Positions 28,263-37,654 of a stretch of 64,000 nucleotides of DNA are shown here, piece by piece (the first letter of the stretch is position 1; each line of letters begins with the position of its first letter). Source of the DNA: Deltaproteobacteria bacterium (GTDB lineage Bacteria > Myxococcota > JACRCW01); contig JACRCW010000080.1 of the NCBI GenBank assembly GCA_016218805.1, positions 1-64,000 on the forward strand, given 5' to 3'. Below the pieces are notes generated by a model. That model saw only the letters and a list, made by a program, of their open reading frames with translations. It was not told the origin of the DNA and made no database searches. Position numbers and translations under genes: made by a program.

Positions 28263-28904
28263 TCAACGCGCGGAACGTGCTCCGCGGCGCGGTTCCGGCC
28301 GGGTCAGCACGTCCCACATCTCGCGCAGCGCGCCGTTGACCACGTTGGCGTCAAATCCCGCCGGGTCAAAGTACCCGCCCACCCACGTGCGCATCTCGTC
28401 GTGCTCCGGGTGCCGGGGGCTGGCCAGTGCGCGCCGCAGCTCCTCGTAGCCGGGCGCGCCGCCGCAGTCCTCCGGCGGACAGGCGTTCTTCCCGTCCAGA
28501 CACGCGGGCCACGGGAAGCGCGGGTCCACGGGGAGCACCTTCTCCACTTCCACGCGGTGCATCCAGCTGTCGCCAAAGTCGTACTCGTACAGGAACCGGC
28601 TGCCGGCGTGGACCAGGTCTCCCAGGCGGAAGTCCTCGTTGTTCTCGGTCTCCACGTCCACCTCGCCGTCGTCAGGTGCGTACCGCCGGCCGCCAATGTT
28701 CCACGCGTGCAGGTGCGAGTTGGTCCACCCCAGGGCCACCTGGAAGACCGGGTGGAGCAGCGACAACGGGAAGTCCGCGGGCACCAGCAGGCGCCGCCAC
28801 ACCGCGGGTTTGACGTCGTCCAGGGTCACCAGGAGTTGCAGCATCCCGGCGGAGGCCGGGGCGCGCACGGGGGCCTTCTTGGTCAGCTTCTTACGGGTGG
28901 CCAT
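28263..28904 (-). CDS. Plasmid pRiA4b ORF-3 family protein
   Basis: VWRRLLVP, LHPVFQVALGWTNSHLH, YEYDFGDSW, CPPEDCGG. Confidence 0.9.
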   Translation of the reverse strand: MATRKKLTKKAPVRAPASAGMLQLLVTLDDVKPAVWRRLLVPADFPLSLLHPVFQVALGWTNSHLHAWNIGGRRYAPDDGEVDVETENNEDFRLGDLVHAGSRFLYEYDFGDSWMHRVEVEKVLPVDPRFPWPACLDGKNACPPEDCGGAPGYEELRRALASPRHPEHDEMRTWVGGYFDPAGFDANVVNGALREMWDVLTRPEPRRGARSAR

Positions 28905-28930
28905 TGGGGGGGAACCTCTCCGGGGCGGGC

Positions 28931-30175
28931 TCACGCCGCGCCGATCACCAGCGTGCTGTTCTGCCCGCCGAATCCCGCGGCATTGGCCATGGCGTAGCGG
29001 ACCTGCTGCCCCGTGAGCGTCTGGTTGAAGACGGGGATGACACAATCAGGGTCGGGGGTGCGCCAGCTGATGACGGGGGTGAGAATGCCCTCACGGACGG
29101 CCAGCACGGCGGCCAGGCTGCTGATGGCGCCGGCCCCGCCAATGGAGTGGCCAAACAGGCTCTTGGTGGCGCCCACGCGCAGGTTGTCCGTGTGACTGCC
29201 GAACACGCTGCGGATGGCGGCGGCCTCGGCCACATCGCCCTGTTCGGTGCTGGTGGCGTGCGCGCTGATGTAGCCCACGTCCGTGGGCCCCACGCCCGCG
29301 TACTTGAGGGCCAACTGCATGGCGCTGGCGAGCCCGCTGCCGTCGGGGCGCGGGCTGGTGAGGTGGTGCGCGTCGTTGGTGGTGCCGTACCCGGCCAGCC
29401 GCGCCAGGGGCGTGGCGCCGCGCTTGAGGGCGCGGTCACGGCGTTCCAGGAAGAACACGCCGGCGGCCTCGGCCATGACAAATCCATCACGGTCCTTGTC
29501 AAACGGCCGGGACGCCATGGCGGGGTTGTCATTGTTGCGGCTGAGCGCGCGGGCATTGCCAAACGCGCAGATGGCAAACCGCGTGACGGCGGCGTCACCG
29601 CCGCCCGCAATGCACGCGTCCACCCGCCCGCTGCGGATGAGGTCATAGGCGATGCCCAGGCAGTCCATGGACGTGGCGCACGCGGTGGCCAGGCACAGCA
29701 CGGGGCCGTGCACGCCGTAGCGCAGCGCGGTGAGCGCGGCGGCGCCGTTGTCCATCAGCTGGGGCACGGCGGCGGGGTTGAGCGCGGACACGCCGGTGGT
29801 GCGCAGCGCGTCCAGCTCCTGGGCCAGCACTTCCTGGCCGCTGGTGCACACGCCCATCACCACGCCCACGCGGGACGCATCCTGGACCCGGGCCGCGGCG
29901 GCCTCCGCGCCACCCATGCATTCCTGCGCGGCGGCCATGACCAGGTGCGCGGCGCGGCCGGTCTGGCGGATTTCGTCAGGGCTGGCGTACCGGGTCATGT
30001 CCAGGTTGCGCACCATGCCGGCAATGCGCACGGGCAGGTCGTCCGCCTTGAACTCCGTGATGGGGACAATCCCGGACCGCCCGTCCAGCACGGCCTGGCG
30101 GTATGCGTCCACGCCAATGCCCGCCGGACTGACCATGCCGATGGAAGTGATGACCACGTCGTTGGCCGCGCTCAT
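28931..30175 (-). CDS. fabF: Beta-ketoacyl-ACP synthase II-like
   Basis: TACATS, SRPFDKDRDGFV, AHATST, KSLFGH, GFGGQN. Confidence 0.88.
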   Translation of the reverse strand: MSAANDVVITSIGMVSPAGIGVDAYRQAVLDGRSGIVPITEFKADDLPVRIAGMVRNLDMTRYASPDEIRQTGRAAHLVMAAAQECMGGAEAAAARVQDASRVGVVMGVCTSGQEVLAQELDALRTTGVSALNPAAVPQLMDNGAAALTALRYGVHGPVLCLATACATSMDCLGIAYDLIRSGRVDACIAGGGDAAVTRFAICAFGNARALSRNNDNPAMASRPFDKDRDGFVMAEAAGVFFLERRDRALKRGATPLARLAGYGTTNDAHHLTSPRPDGSGLASAMQLALKYAGVGPTDVGYISAHATSTEQGDVAEAAAIRSVFGSHTDNLRVGATKSLFGHSIGGAGAISSLAAVLAVREGILTPVISWRTPDPDCVIPVFNQTLTGQQVRYAMANAAGFGGQNSTLVIGAA

Positions 30176-30379
30176 GCCGTGCTCCGTGACGCCAATGCCC
30201 TATGAAGGGCGCGGTACGTGGCACATCGCGCTCCGGTCTTCAAGCGGGGCAGGCGCCGCGCCGGAACGGCACGTTTCGCGCTGCCGGGCGGGCGCCGCGC
30301 AGGTTCGGCGCGCGTGGCGGATGGGTGGGGCGCGGCGGTGCCACGTTTGACCGGCCCGGTCCTTGCTCATGCAGAGGGC

Positions 30380-30973
30380 ATGCTGACCGCCGCTGACATC
30401 ATGACCCGCCGCCCGGTAACCATCCTCTCCTCCACGACGGTGGCCCAGGCCGTCCGCACACTGGACATGCTGTCCGTGCGCCACCTCCCGGTGGTCAACG
30501 AGGACGGCGAGCTGGTGGGCATGGTGAGCGACCGGGACCTGCGCGGCTTCCCGGGCGGCGTTCCCCTGCCCGAGGTGCTGCCCGAGGTCCCCGCCCCCGG
30601 CACACCGGTGGTGGAGATCATGACGGGCAACGTGGTGCAGGCCGCCGCAGACGACCCGGTGGTGGACATTGCCGCGTTGATGGTGGACCACCGCGTGGGC
30701 GCCATCCCGATTGTGGACCCGGACAGCCGCCTGGAGGGGATTGTGAGCTACGTGGACATCCTGCGGGCGCTCGTTGGCGGCGAGGAGCTGCCGGAGTTGG
30801 CCCGTCCGCACGCACGCGCCCCGCCCCCAAGGCACGCCGCGCCGTGCGGAAGAAGAAGGCGCGTGCGTCCCGGCGGTGAACCTGGACTCCAGCATGCAAC
30901 CGGCCAGGCGGCTCGAGGCCGGGGGTGCCTGACGTCGGGAGGGAGGCAGATTCGGGTTGGCCGCGCCGGGTGA
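30380..30973 (+). CDS. CBS-domain pair protein
   Basis: IMTRRPVT, VRHLPVV, GMVSDRDL, VGAIPIVD, GIVSYVDIL; tail possibly frameshifted. Confidence 0.85.
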   Translation: MLTAADIMTRRPVTILSSTTVAQAVRTLDMLSVRHLPVVNEDGELVGMVSDRDLRGFPGGVPLPEVLPEVPAPGTPVVEIMTGNVVQAAADDPVVDIAALMVDHRVGAIPIVDPDSRLEGIVSYVDILRALVGGEELPELARPHARAPPPRHAAPCGRRRRVRPGGEPGLQHATGQAARGRGCLTSGGRQIRVGRAG

Positions 30974-31042
30974 GGCGGGTTGGGCTGGGAAGGGGGGCGG
31001 CACCGCGAAGCGGACGGCCCGTGGTCAGAACGAGCCCACCTG

Positions 31043-31107
31043 TTTCCCTGTTACATCTGTATGACATATGTACCGCGTGCATATGTATGACACATGTAAC
31101 CGGGAAA
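31043..31107. promoter_or_regulatory. AT-rich 65-bp imperfect palindrome containing two TGTATGACAyATGTA direct repeats
   Basis: TTTCCC..TTACAT..ACATATG / CATATGT..ATGTAA..GGGAAA read directly; lies upstream of an RHH gene. Confidence 0.6.
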
Positions 31108-31250
31108 GTGACCTGCGCTTTGCGTTGGCCGGCGGCCGTGACCGCCTCCCAAGCCCCCCGGCCCCGCTTGGCGCGCGACCCCAATCCTGCCTAACACCCG
31201 GCATGCGCCTCCCGGCGCCAACGCGGCCCCGCGCCGTCACGAGGTCCCGC

Positions 31251-31709
31251 ATGCCATCACCGGTGGTGTCCTTCCGTCTCCCGCCCGAAGTGCTGGCCGC
31301 CCTGAAGGCCCGCGCCGCCGCCCAGCAGCGTCCGCTCAATGACCTGGTGGTGGAAGTGCTCCGGGACGCCGTGGGGTTGCAGCAGGACGCCAAGACGACC
31401 CTGCTGGACCACGTCCGCGGGATGGCGACGCGCTACTGGGAGGAGCAGCGCCGCCCCGTGGACGTGACCTGGCTGGTCATGTCGGAGATTGAGGCGAACA
31501 CCGGGCTGCGCGGCCTCTACCAGCAGTGCATCTCCCCCGGTGGCGAGGTGGACGAGGGCGCGCGCGCCGCGCTGCACCGCGACATCGGCCGCTCGGTCTC
31601 TCGGGTCATTGGCCGGGCGGCGGGGCCGCGCACGCGTTCCCGGCGCAAGGGCATTGCAGCGCTGGCGCGCACCCATACGCTCCGCGTTGACGAGGGTGAA
31701 CCCTACTGA
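31251..31709 (+). CDS. Arc/RHH-type DNA-binding protein with extra C-domain
   Basis: VSFRLPPEVLAALKARAAAQQRPLNDLVVEVL. Confidence 0.7.
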   Translation: MPSPVVSFRLPPEVLAALKARAAAQQRPLNDLVVEVLRDAVGLQQDAKTTLLDHVRGMATRYWEEQRRPVDVTWLVMSEIEANTGLRGLYQQCISPGGEVDEGARAALHRDIGRSVSRVIGRAAGPRTRSRRKGIAALARTHTLRVDEGEPY

Positions 31710-32284
31710 GCCGCCACCGGGGCGGTGCCGCGGTCCCGCCACACGGTCCACGCTGTCCACAGCCCGGCCACCGCGGGCCACGCCATCTCCACGACGAGCT
31801 TCAGGTAGAAACGGTCCAGGTGGACGCGGCCGCCCTCCAGCACCCACCAGCCATCCACCGGGTGCTGCGGGAGCCAGGGCACCTCCGCCCCCGCGCGCGT
31901 GGCCAGCCCGCCCACCAGGGCCAGCACCGCCATGGGCACGTACAGGTACAGCCCCGCGCTCACCGCGTCCCATGCGCGCACCGGCCGTCTGGCCATCCAG
32001 CCCAGGACGTAGAACCCCAGCGCGGCCACGCCGCAGAACGCGCCTTCGTTGGCCAGGCGCGCCCACACAAACCCGCTGGATGAGAACAGCTTCCCGAACG
32101 CCATGCCCGGGTCCACGCGCCACAACAGCGCGTACTTGGTGAGGGTGGCCGGGTAGAGCGCGGCCACCGTGGCCAACGCCAGCAGCAGCGGCTCCACGCC
32201 GTCACCCTCCCCTTGCAGCACGGCCCGCAGCGTCCGCCCCGGACGGACCACCATCCCGCCCAGGCGCCCCAGCACGCCGCGCAT
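31703..32284 (-). CDS. Hypothetical membrane protein (Yip1-like)
   Basis: RPGRTLRAV followed by about 4 TM segments. Confidence 0.6.
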   Translation of the reverse strand: MRGVLGRLGGMVVRPGRTLRAVLQGEGDGVEPLLLALATVAALYPATLTKYALLWRVDPGMAFGKLFSSSGFVWARLANEGAFCGVAALGFYVLGWMARRPVRAWDAVSAGLYLYVPMAVLALVGGLATRAGAEVPWLPQHPVDGWWVLEGGRVHLDRFYLKLVVEMAWPAVAGLWTAWTVWRDRGTAPVAAQ

Positions 32285-32291
32285 CCCTCGC

Positions 32292-33347
32292 TCACACCTC
32301 GTCAAACGCGTAGGGCTTGAACGCGTCCATCCGCCGCAGCGCGGGCTCGCCGTCCATCAGCCACAGCACCGCGGCCACCGCCGACATCAGCTCGTTGCCC
32401 TCCGGCGGCAGGTAGGCAAACCCCACCACTTCGCCTTCCGGACGCACCGCCAGCGACGGGCGCGGCACCACCAGCGGGTTGAGCAGCCGCCCGCTCCACC
32501 CGTGGTCCCGCCCAAAACCAAACACCGGGTTGGGCGACAGCTTCTCCGTCCGCGCCGCGCGCGCGTGCTCCTGCAGCCGCGCCAGCGCGTCCGCCGCCGT
32601 GATGCGTTCGCGCAGGCGCACCGCAAAGTGCAGCGTGTGCAGCAGCGCGTGGTTGAGTTCCATGGTGGAACCGAACACCGGGCAGTCCGCGCCAATCCCC
32701 GCGAGCAGCTGCCGCGCCAGCGCCGCGTCCGCCGTCCCCGCGTCCATGTCCGGGTGCGGCCCCAGCGCCGCTGACGGCAGGTCACTGCCCAGCGCCACGT
32801 CCGCCGTCCGCGGCAGGAACACAAACCGCCCCTCCAGCGCGCTGGCCACGCGGCTGCCGGTGGTCCCCGCCAGCGCGGCGGTCACCAGCGCCATCCCGTG
32901 CGCGCCCGACCCCGCCACGCGCACCAGCCGGTCGGTCCCCTTGCGCAGCGCCGCCACGTTCACGCCGTGCGCCACCGCTGGCCCAAACGCCCCGTCCGCC
33001 TGCAGCGCCACCACCCCCCGCGCGCTGCGCAGCCCCGCGTAGACGTCACGCAGCCGGCTGGCGCCCGGCGTGGCGTCCACCACCACCGTGGCCCGCTCCA
33101 GCGCCGCCACCGGCGTGTGCGGCACCTCCAGGCCCATGCGCTCCAGCTCGCTGCGGGTCTCCCCCTCCGCCGCCAGCACCGCGCCCTTGTCCAGCAGCGC
33201 CTTCAGCCGCGGCCGGTCGGCCTCGGAGGCGCTGCGCCGGTGGAACGTCACCTCGCCAATGCCCAGGTCCCGCGCAAAATCCGCCAGCAGGCACACCAGC
33301 GTTTCGCCCAGCCCCGCCGTCCCCACCACGTGGATGATGTTCGCCAA
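32292..33347 (-). CDS. Divergent archaeal-type (class II) GAPDH-like protein, catalytic Cys absent
   Basis: IHVVGTAGLG Rossmann, VVVDATP, HGVN, EGRFV, FGRDHG; GSGAH where SCNTH is expected. Confidence 0.7.
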   Translation of the reverse strand: MANIIHVVGTAGLGETLVCLLADFARDLGIGEVTFHRRSASEADRPRLKALLDKGAVLAAEGETRSELERMGLEVPHTPVAALERATVVVDATPGASRLRDVYAGLRSARGVVALQADGAFGPAVAHGVNVAALRKGTDRLVRVAGSGAHGMALVTAALAGTTGSRVASALEGRFVFLPRTADVALGSDLPSAALGPHPDMDAGTADAALARQLLAGIGADCPVFGSTMELNHALLHTLHFAVRLRERITAADALARLQEHARAARTEKLSPNPVFGFGRDHGWSGRLLNPLVVPRPSLAVRPEGEVVGFAYLPPEGNELMSAVAAVLWLMDGEPALRRMDAFKPYAFDEV

Positions 33348-33401
33348 GGCGCGCTCCCGTCTGCCGCAGGGGCCCTGGCTACCACGCCGGGACGCCCGTC
33401 G

Positions 33402-34142
33402 TCAGCGGGGCGAACCCAGCAGCACGCGCACCTTGGCCGCGATGTCCGGCAGCTGCACCGGCTTGTGCAGCACCGCCTGCGCGCCCAGCGCCTGCGCCTG
33501 GCTCGTCGCCTCTTCGCCCTGCGCGGTGATCACCAGCACCGGCGTCTCCCGCGTGCGCGCCTCCGCCCGCATGCGCTCAATGAGCGTCAGCCCGTCCATC
33601 ACCGGCATGTTCACGTCCGTCACCACCAGGTCCACCGGCGGCAGCCGGTGCAGACGGTCCATGGCCTCCGCCCCGTTGGTCGCGCTCTCCACAATCACTT
33701 CGCGCTCCTCCGTGGGAAACACCTTGTGCAGCGCGTGGCTGTACATCTGCACAATGTGCGGGTTGTCCTCCACCAGCAGCACGCGCTGCGCCGGCGGCCG
33801 CGGGCGCCCGCCCTTGAGGCCCATCAGCGTGCGCAACATCTCGTAGTCCTGCTTGCGGTCCAGCGGGACGCGCACGGAGATGCCGGTGTCCTCGCGGATG
33901 GCGCCCTGCTCGCGCCGCAGCACCTCCACGCCCAGGGTCAGCGGCGCGCGCAGCCCCTCCGCGTGGATCTGCAGCGTGAGGCGCTCGCCCATGGCAAACG
34001 GATGCGGCGTGCGGATGAACATCTCCCCCGCGTCCAGGTGCTCCAGGCACGCGTGCAGGAAGCTCTCGGCGTCCGGGTAGTCCAGCCGCAGGATGACCGT
34101 CGTCAGGGGCGCGCGCCACCGGGCCGGCCGGGAGGTGCTCAT
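33402..34142 (-). CDS. Response regulator: PilZ-like N-domain plus receiver domain
   Basis: MFIRTPHPFAMGERL; VLLVEDN, TDVNMPVMDG, KP. Confidence 0.85.
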   Translation of the reverse strand: MSTSRPARWRAPLTTVILRLDYPDAESFLHACLEHLDAGEMFIRTPHPFAMGERLTLQIHAEGLRAPLTLGVEVLRREQGAIREDTGISVRVPLDRKQDYEMLRTLMGLKGGRPRPPAQRVLLVEDNPHIVQMYSHALHKVFPTEEREVIVESATNGAEAMDRLHRLPPVDLVVTDVNMPVMDGLTLIERMRAEARTRETPVLVITAQGEEATSQAQALGAQAVLHKPVQLPDIAAKVRVLLGSPR

Positions 34143-35269
34143 CGTCGGAAACCTGTAGCCCGCCCGCCGGTTGATGGGAAGCCGCGCTTCCGCGCAAGCC
34201 CCGCCGCCGTCAGACCGTATGCGAACACCTCGGTGCGGTTGCCCGCCAGTTGCGTCACCGCCACGTGCTCCATGCCCAGCTTCCGGATGCGGTCCGCCAG
34301 GCGCGGCAGGTGCCGCACCGCCTTCCAGTCATCCAGCTTCAGCGTCAGGAGCACGCCCAGCAGCGCGCCGCGCGGTGCCGCGCAGAACCGCGCCACGCTG
34401 GTGAGCGCCACCTGCGGCGCCGCGTTCACGTCCAGCACCACCCAGTGCAACACCTCCGGCAGCGCCGTGCGTTGCAGGTCCCCCATGCGCACGCGGTGGT
34501 GCACCAGCCGCGCGCCCCCCGGCCCTACGTACCCGGTGACAACGGGGGACATCTCGCCTGGGTCCACCCCGTGCACGTGCACGCCACGCCGCAGCAGCGC
34601 GTAGGTGGCCCCGCCCGGCGCGCTCCCCAGCTCCACCGCCACGTCCCCCGCGCGCACCGGCGCGCCGCTCCAGCCCATGCCCTCCTCCAGCTTCCCGTAC
34701 GCGCGCGAAGGCGCCTCGGGCGGCACGTCGACGGGAACCCGCCCGCCGGGCCAGCGCGGCCGGTCCAGGGCGTGCACGTGGAAGCCCACGAAGTGCGGTT
34801 CACCCGGCGCCACCACCACGTCCAGCACGCGCTGCCCCAGGGCGGGTTCCGTCGTGGGCGCCAGCGCGGCGGGCCCCGTCGCGGGCCAGGCCGCGCGGAC
34901 CGCGCGCTCCACCTCGGCGGCGGCGGCGCGGTGGTCGTACCCATCGGGCTCTTCGCCGGGCCGGTAGCGGTCCCGCGCAAACACGTGCAGCACCCACTCG
35001 CCCCCCGTTGGCAGCGACGCGGCGCGCTCCACGACACCGCGCGCGTCGGCCGCCGGCCCCAGGCCCGCACCGCTGTGGCGCGCCAGCACCGCGGGGACGC
35101 GCGTGTCCCCGTCAACGCGTTCATCCACCTTGAAGGTGACCAGGCCGGGCCGCTGGAAAGCCGCCTTCCACCCGCGGCGCGCCGCGGCCACCTCCGCCTT
35201 CAGGGCCGCTTCCGCGCCCACCTGGCAGACGGCAAACGCGAAGCCCTCGCCAGCGCGTTCCGCCGTCAC
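34139..35269 (-). CDS. RlmM/FtsJ-like 2'-O-ribose rRNA methyltransferase
   Basis: PSRAYGKLEE, ELGSAPGG, VDP, TLKL. Confidence 0.75.
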   Translation of the reverse strand: MTAERAGEGFAFAVCQVGAEAALKAEVAAARRGWKAAFQRPGLVTFKVDERVDGDTRVPAVLARHSGAGLGPAADARGVVERAASLPTGGEWVLHVFARDRYRPGEEPDGYDHRAAAAEVERAVRAAWPATGPAALAPTTEPALGQRVLDVVVAPGEPHFVGFHVHALDRPRWPGGRVPVDVPPEAPSRAYGKLEEGMGWSGAPVRAGDVAVELGSAPGGATYALLRRGVHVHGVDPGEMSPVVTGYVGPGGARLVHHRVRMGDLQRTALPEVLHWVVLDVNAAPQVALTSVARFCAAPRGALLGVLLTLKLDDWKAVRHLPRLADRIRKLGMEHVAVTQLAGNRTEVFAYGLTAAGLARKRGFPSTGGRATGFRR

Positions 35270-35278
35270 GGCGTGACC

Positions 35279-35515
35279 TCAGTTCTCCCAGCCGCAACCG
35301 CCGCCTTGCTGGCCGGGGACGCCGCAGGACCCGCACGCACCGCGCCCGGCGCCGCACGCGCTGGCCGCGCTGTCCGCGCTGCTCACCGCAAACACGCTGA
35401 GCTTCCGCGCCACCTCGCCCCCGTGGCAGGACGGGCACTCCACCGCCGCGCCATGCCGCGTGATGACCTCAAAGCTGTGCGCGCACTTCTGGCAGCTGTA
35501 CTCAAAGATGGGCAT
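35279..35515 (-). CDS. FmdB-family zinc-ribbon protein
   Basis: MPIFEYSCQKC...CPSC. Confidence 0.9.
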   Translation of the reverse strand: MPIFEYSCQKCAHSFEVITRHGAAVECPSCHGGEVARKLSVFAVSSADSAASACGAGRGACGSCGVPGQQGGGCGWEN

Positions 35516-35525
35516 GGCGCCTCCC

Positions 35526-36368
35526 TCAGCCCTGCAACTCAAACCGGAACGAATACCGCGGAATCACATACTGCACAGCCACGCCATCCACGGTGGCCGG
35601 CTTGAAGAGGAACTTGCGCATGGCATCCACCGCGGCCGTGTCCAGCGACGGGTTGAGGCTGCGCACCACCTTCACGCTGCGCACGGTGCCGTCCTCCCAC
35701 AGCTCCACGCGCAGCTCCACCACGCCCTCAATGCCGTCGCGCCGCGCGTCCGGCGGATAGGGCGCCTTCACCTCGCGCAGCACTTCCGGCTCCGCGGACA
35801 CGGAGAACTTGGGCACCGGCTTGAAGACCCCCATGTCCTTGCCCACGCCGCCCGTCTTGGGGGGCGCGGGCGCCTCGCGGTAGACCGGGGCGGTGTAGCG
35901 CTGCACGTCAGTGGGCTTGGACTTGTTCTTGTTGGGGTCATCAAACAGCGTGTTGCCCACCGCCACCTGGAAGTTCCCCGGCCCCTGCACGGTGGACTCC
36001 AGCGTCACGCCGGACAGGATGGGCACCGGCTTTTTGGGCGGCTCCTTGGGAGGCGGCGCGTTGGGCGGCGGCGGCGCCGGCGGCGCCTTGGCAATCTCCG
36101 GCTTGGGCGGCTTCTCCTTGGGCTTCTCCGGCTCGGGCTTCTTCTCTTCGGGAGGCGGCGGCGGCGGCGGTTTCTGCGTCTTGGTCACCGCCATGGACAC
36201 GCGCACCGGCGGCTTGGACACCGGGAGGCGGTGCACGCCCACCCCCGCGGCCGAATGCGCGCCCACCGCCAGCAGCAGCCCCAGCACGTACAGCCGCACA
36301 CCGTCCTTGCGCCGGCCCTGGAACAGCGGCGGAGGAATCTGCGTGAGGGTGGCGGCTGACGCCTGCAT
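35526..36368 (-). CDS. tonB: TonB energy transducer
   Basis: TM with His, Pro/Lys-rich linker, YPPDARRDGIEG, FKPA. Confidence 0.9.
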   Translation of the reverse strand: MQASAATLTQIPPPLFQGRRKDGVRLYVLGLLLAVGAHSAAGVGVHRLPVSKPPVRVSMAVTKTQKPPPPPPPEEKKPEPEKPKEKPPKPEIAKAPPAPPPPNAPPPKEPPKKPVPILSGVTLESTVQGPGNFQVAVGNTLFDDPNKNKSKPTDVQRYTAPVYREAPAPPKTGGVGKDMGVFKPVPKFSVSAEPEVLREVKAPYPPDARRDGIEGVVELRVELWEDGTVRSVKVVRSLNPSLDTAAVDAMRKFLFKPATVDGVAVQYVIPRYSFRFELQG

Positions 36369-36376
36369 GGTGCGGT

Positions 36377-36787
36377 CTACTCTTCGCTCTCAATGTTGAT
36401 GGCAAACTTGGTGATGCCCTCAATCTTCACGATGTCAATCAGGTGCATGACCTCTCCGTGGCTCACCACCTTGTCCGCGCCGATGATGGCCTGCGTGTCC
36501 TTGTTCTTTGCCACTTCCTCGCGGACCTTGCCACGCAGCGCCGGTTCGGTGGTCTCCTCGCCGTTCATGAACAGCTTGCGCTCCTTGGTGAACATGATGG
36601 CAATCGTGGACGGCGTCGTCGTTTCGCCGCTGGCCGCGTTGGGTAGGTCAATCTTGATGCTGTCCGCCACCACGTACGTGGTGGTCACCATGAAGATCAC
36701 CAGCAGGCAGAGCATGATGTCCACCAGCGGGGTCACGTTGATGTCGGTGACCAGACTCTCGTCATCACCCTTGGCCGAACCCGCCAT
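36377..36787 (-). CDS. exbD: ExbD/TolR biopolymer transporter
   Basis: INVTPLVDIMLCLLVIFMV. Confidence 0.92.
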   Translation of the reverse strand: MAGSAKGDDESLVTDINVTPLVDIMLCLLVIFMVTTTYVVADSIKIDLPNAASGETTTPSTIAIMFTKERKLFMNGEETTEPALRGKVREEVAKNKDTQAIIGADKVVSHGEVMHLIDIVKIEGITKFAINIESEE

Positions 36788-36790
36788 GGC

Positions 36791-37450
36791 TCACGCTCCC
36801 TTGCCGTTGTTGCCGTTGGCGTCATTGGCCTGGTGCAGGTAGCCCTTGAGCGTGTGCGTCAGGGCCTCCGCCGTGGTGGTGAACATCTTGAGCTTGCGTT
36901 GGAAGTAGTTGTACGCGGCCACCGCGGGCAGGGCGACCAGCAGGCCCACCGCCGTGGCGGCCAGCGCCTCGGACAGGCGGCCCATCACCGCCGTGGCACC
37001 CACGCCGCTCTTTTCGCCCAGCTCATGCAGCGCGCGGATGATCTCCACCACCGTGCCAAACAGCCCAATGAACGGCGCGTTGTTCCCCACCGTGCCCAGG
37101 AAGGCGAGCCCGCGTTCAAACCGCAGCCGTTCCACCTTCAGCGCCCCGTCCATCACCTCTTCCATGGCCGCCACGCCGCGGTCCGCCGCTTCCAGCCCCG
37201 CCGTCAGCGTCCGGATCTCCAGCCCCATCCGCCCGCTCAGCGCCTTGATGGTGTCCTGGGGCGTGCCGCGCGTGAGCTGCTCGCGGATGGTGGCCTCCGT
37301 GGCCGCCGGGTCCCCCGCATTGCGCGAAAAGAAGATGAACCGCTCCAGCATCACCGTCACGCTGACGACGCTCAGCACCACCATGCCCCACATGACCCAT
37401 GCGGAGGCACCCGCCATCGCCAGCTTCACCATCAGTTGCGTGATGTCCAT
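36791..37450 (-). CDS. exbB: ExbB/TolQ/MotA proton channel
   Basis: APFIGLFGTV, ALAATAVGLLVALPA. Confidence 0.92.
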   Translation of the reverse strand: MDITQLMVKLAMAGASAWVMWGMVVLSVVSVTVMLERFIFFSRNAGDPAATEATIREQLTRGTPQDTIKALSGRMGLEIRTLTAGLEAADRGVAAMEEVMDGALKVERLRFERGLAFLGTVGNNAPFIGLFGTVVEIIRALHELGEKSGVGATAVMGRLSEALAATAVGLLVALPAVAAYNYFQRKLKMFTTTAEALTHTLKGYLHQANDANGNNGKGA

Positions 37451-37654
37451 GTCATCCCCAGCAGTGTTTGAACCGCCTGAGTGTTTGGCTTGGGTCAGCC
37501 ATTCCTGCAACCCCCAACGTTTCTGCCGCCGTCACGGCCTTGGCCCGGCGGAGTTCGGGGATGGGATGACCCGCGGGTCACCTTCGATTCCGGGGACTGG
37601 TTTGGCAAGCGCTTGGAGTATGAAGAAACGCGAACCGACCGGGCGGAGGCAACC

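Noticed and set aside
37451..37654. Fur box or riboswitch upstream of exbB
   Set aside because: No recognisable consensus by eye
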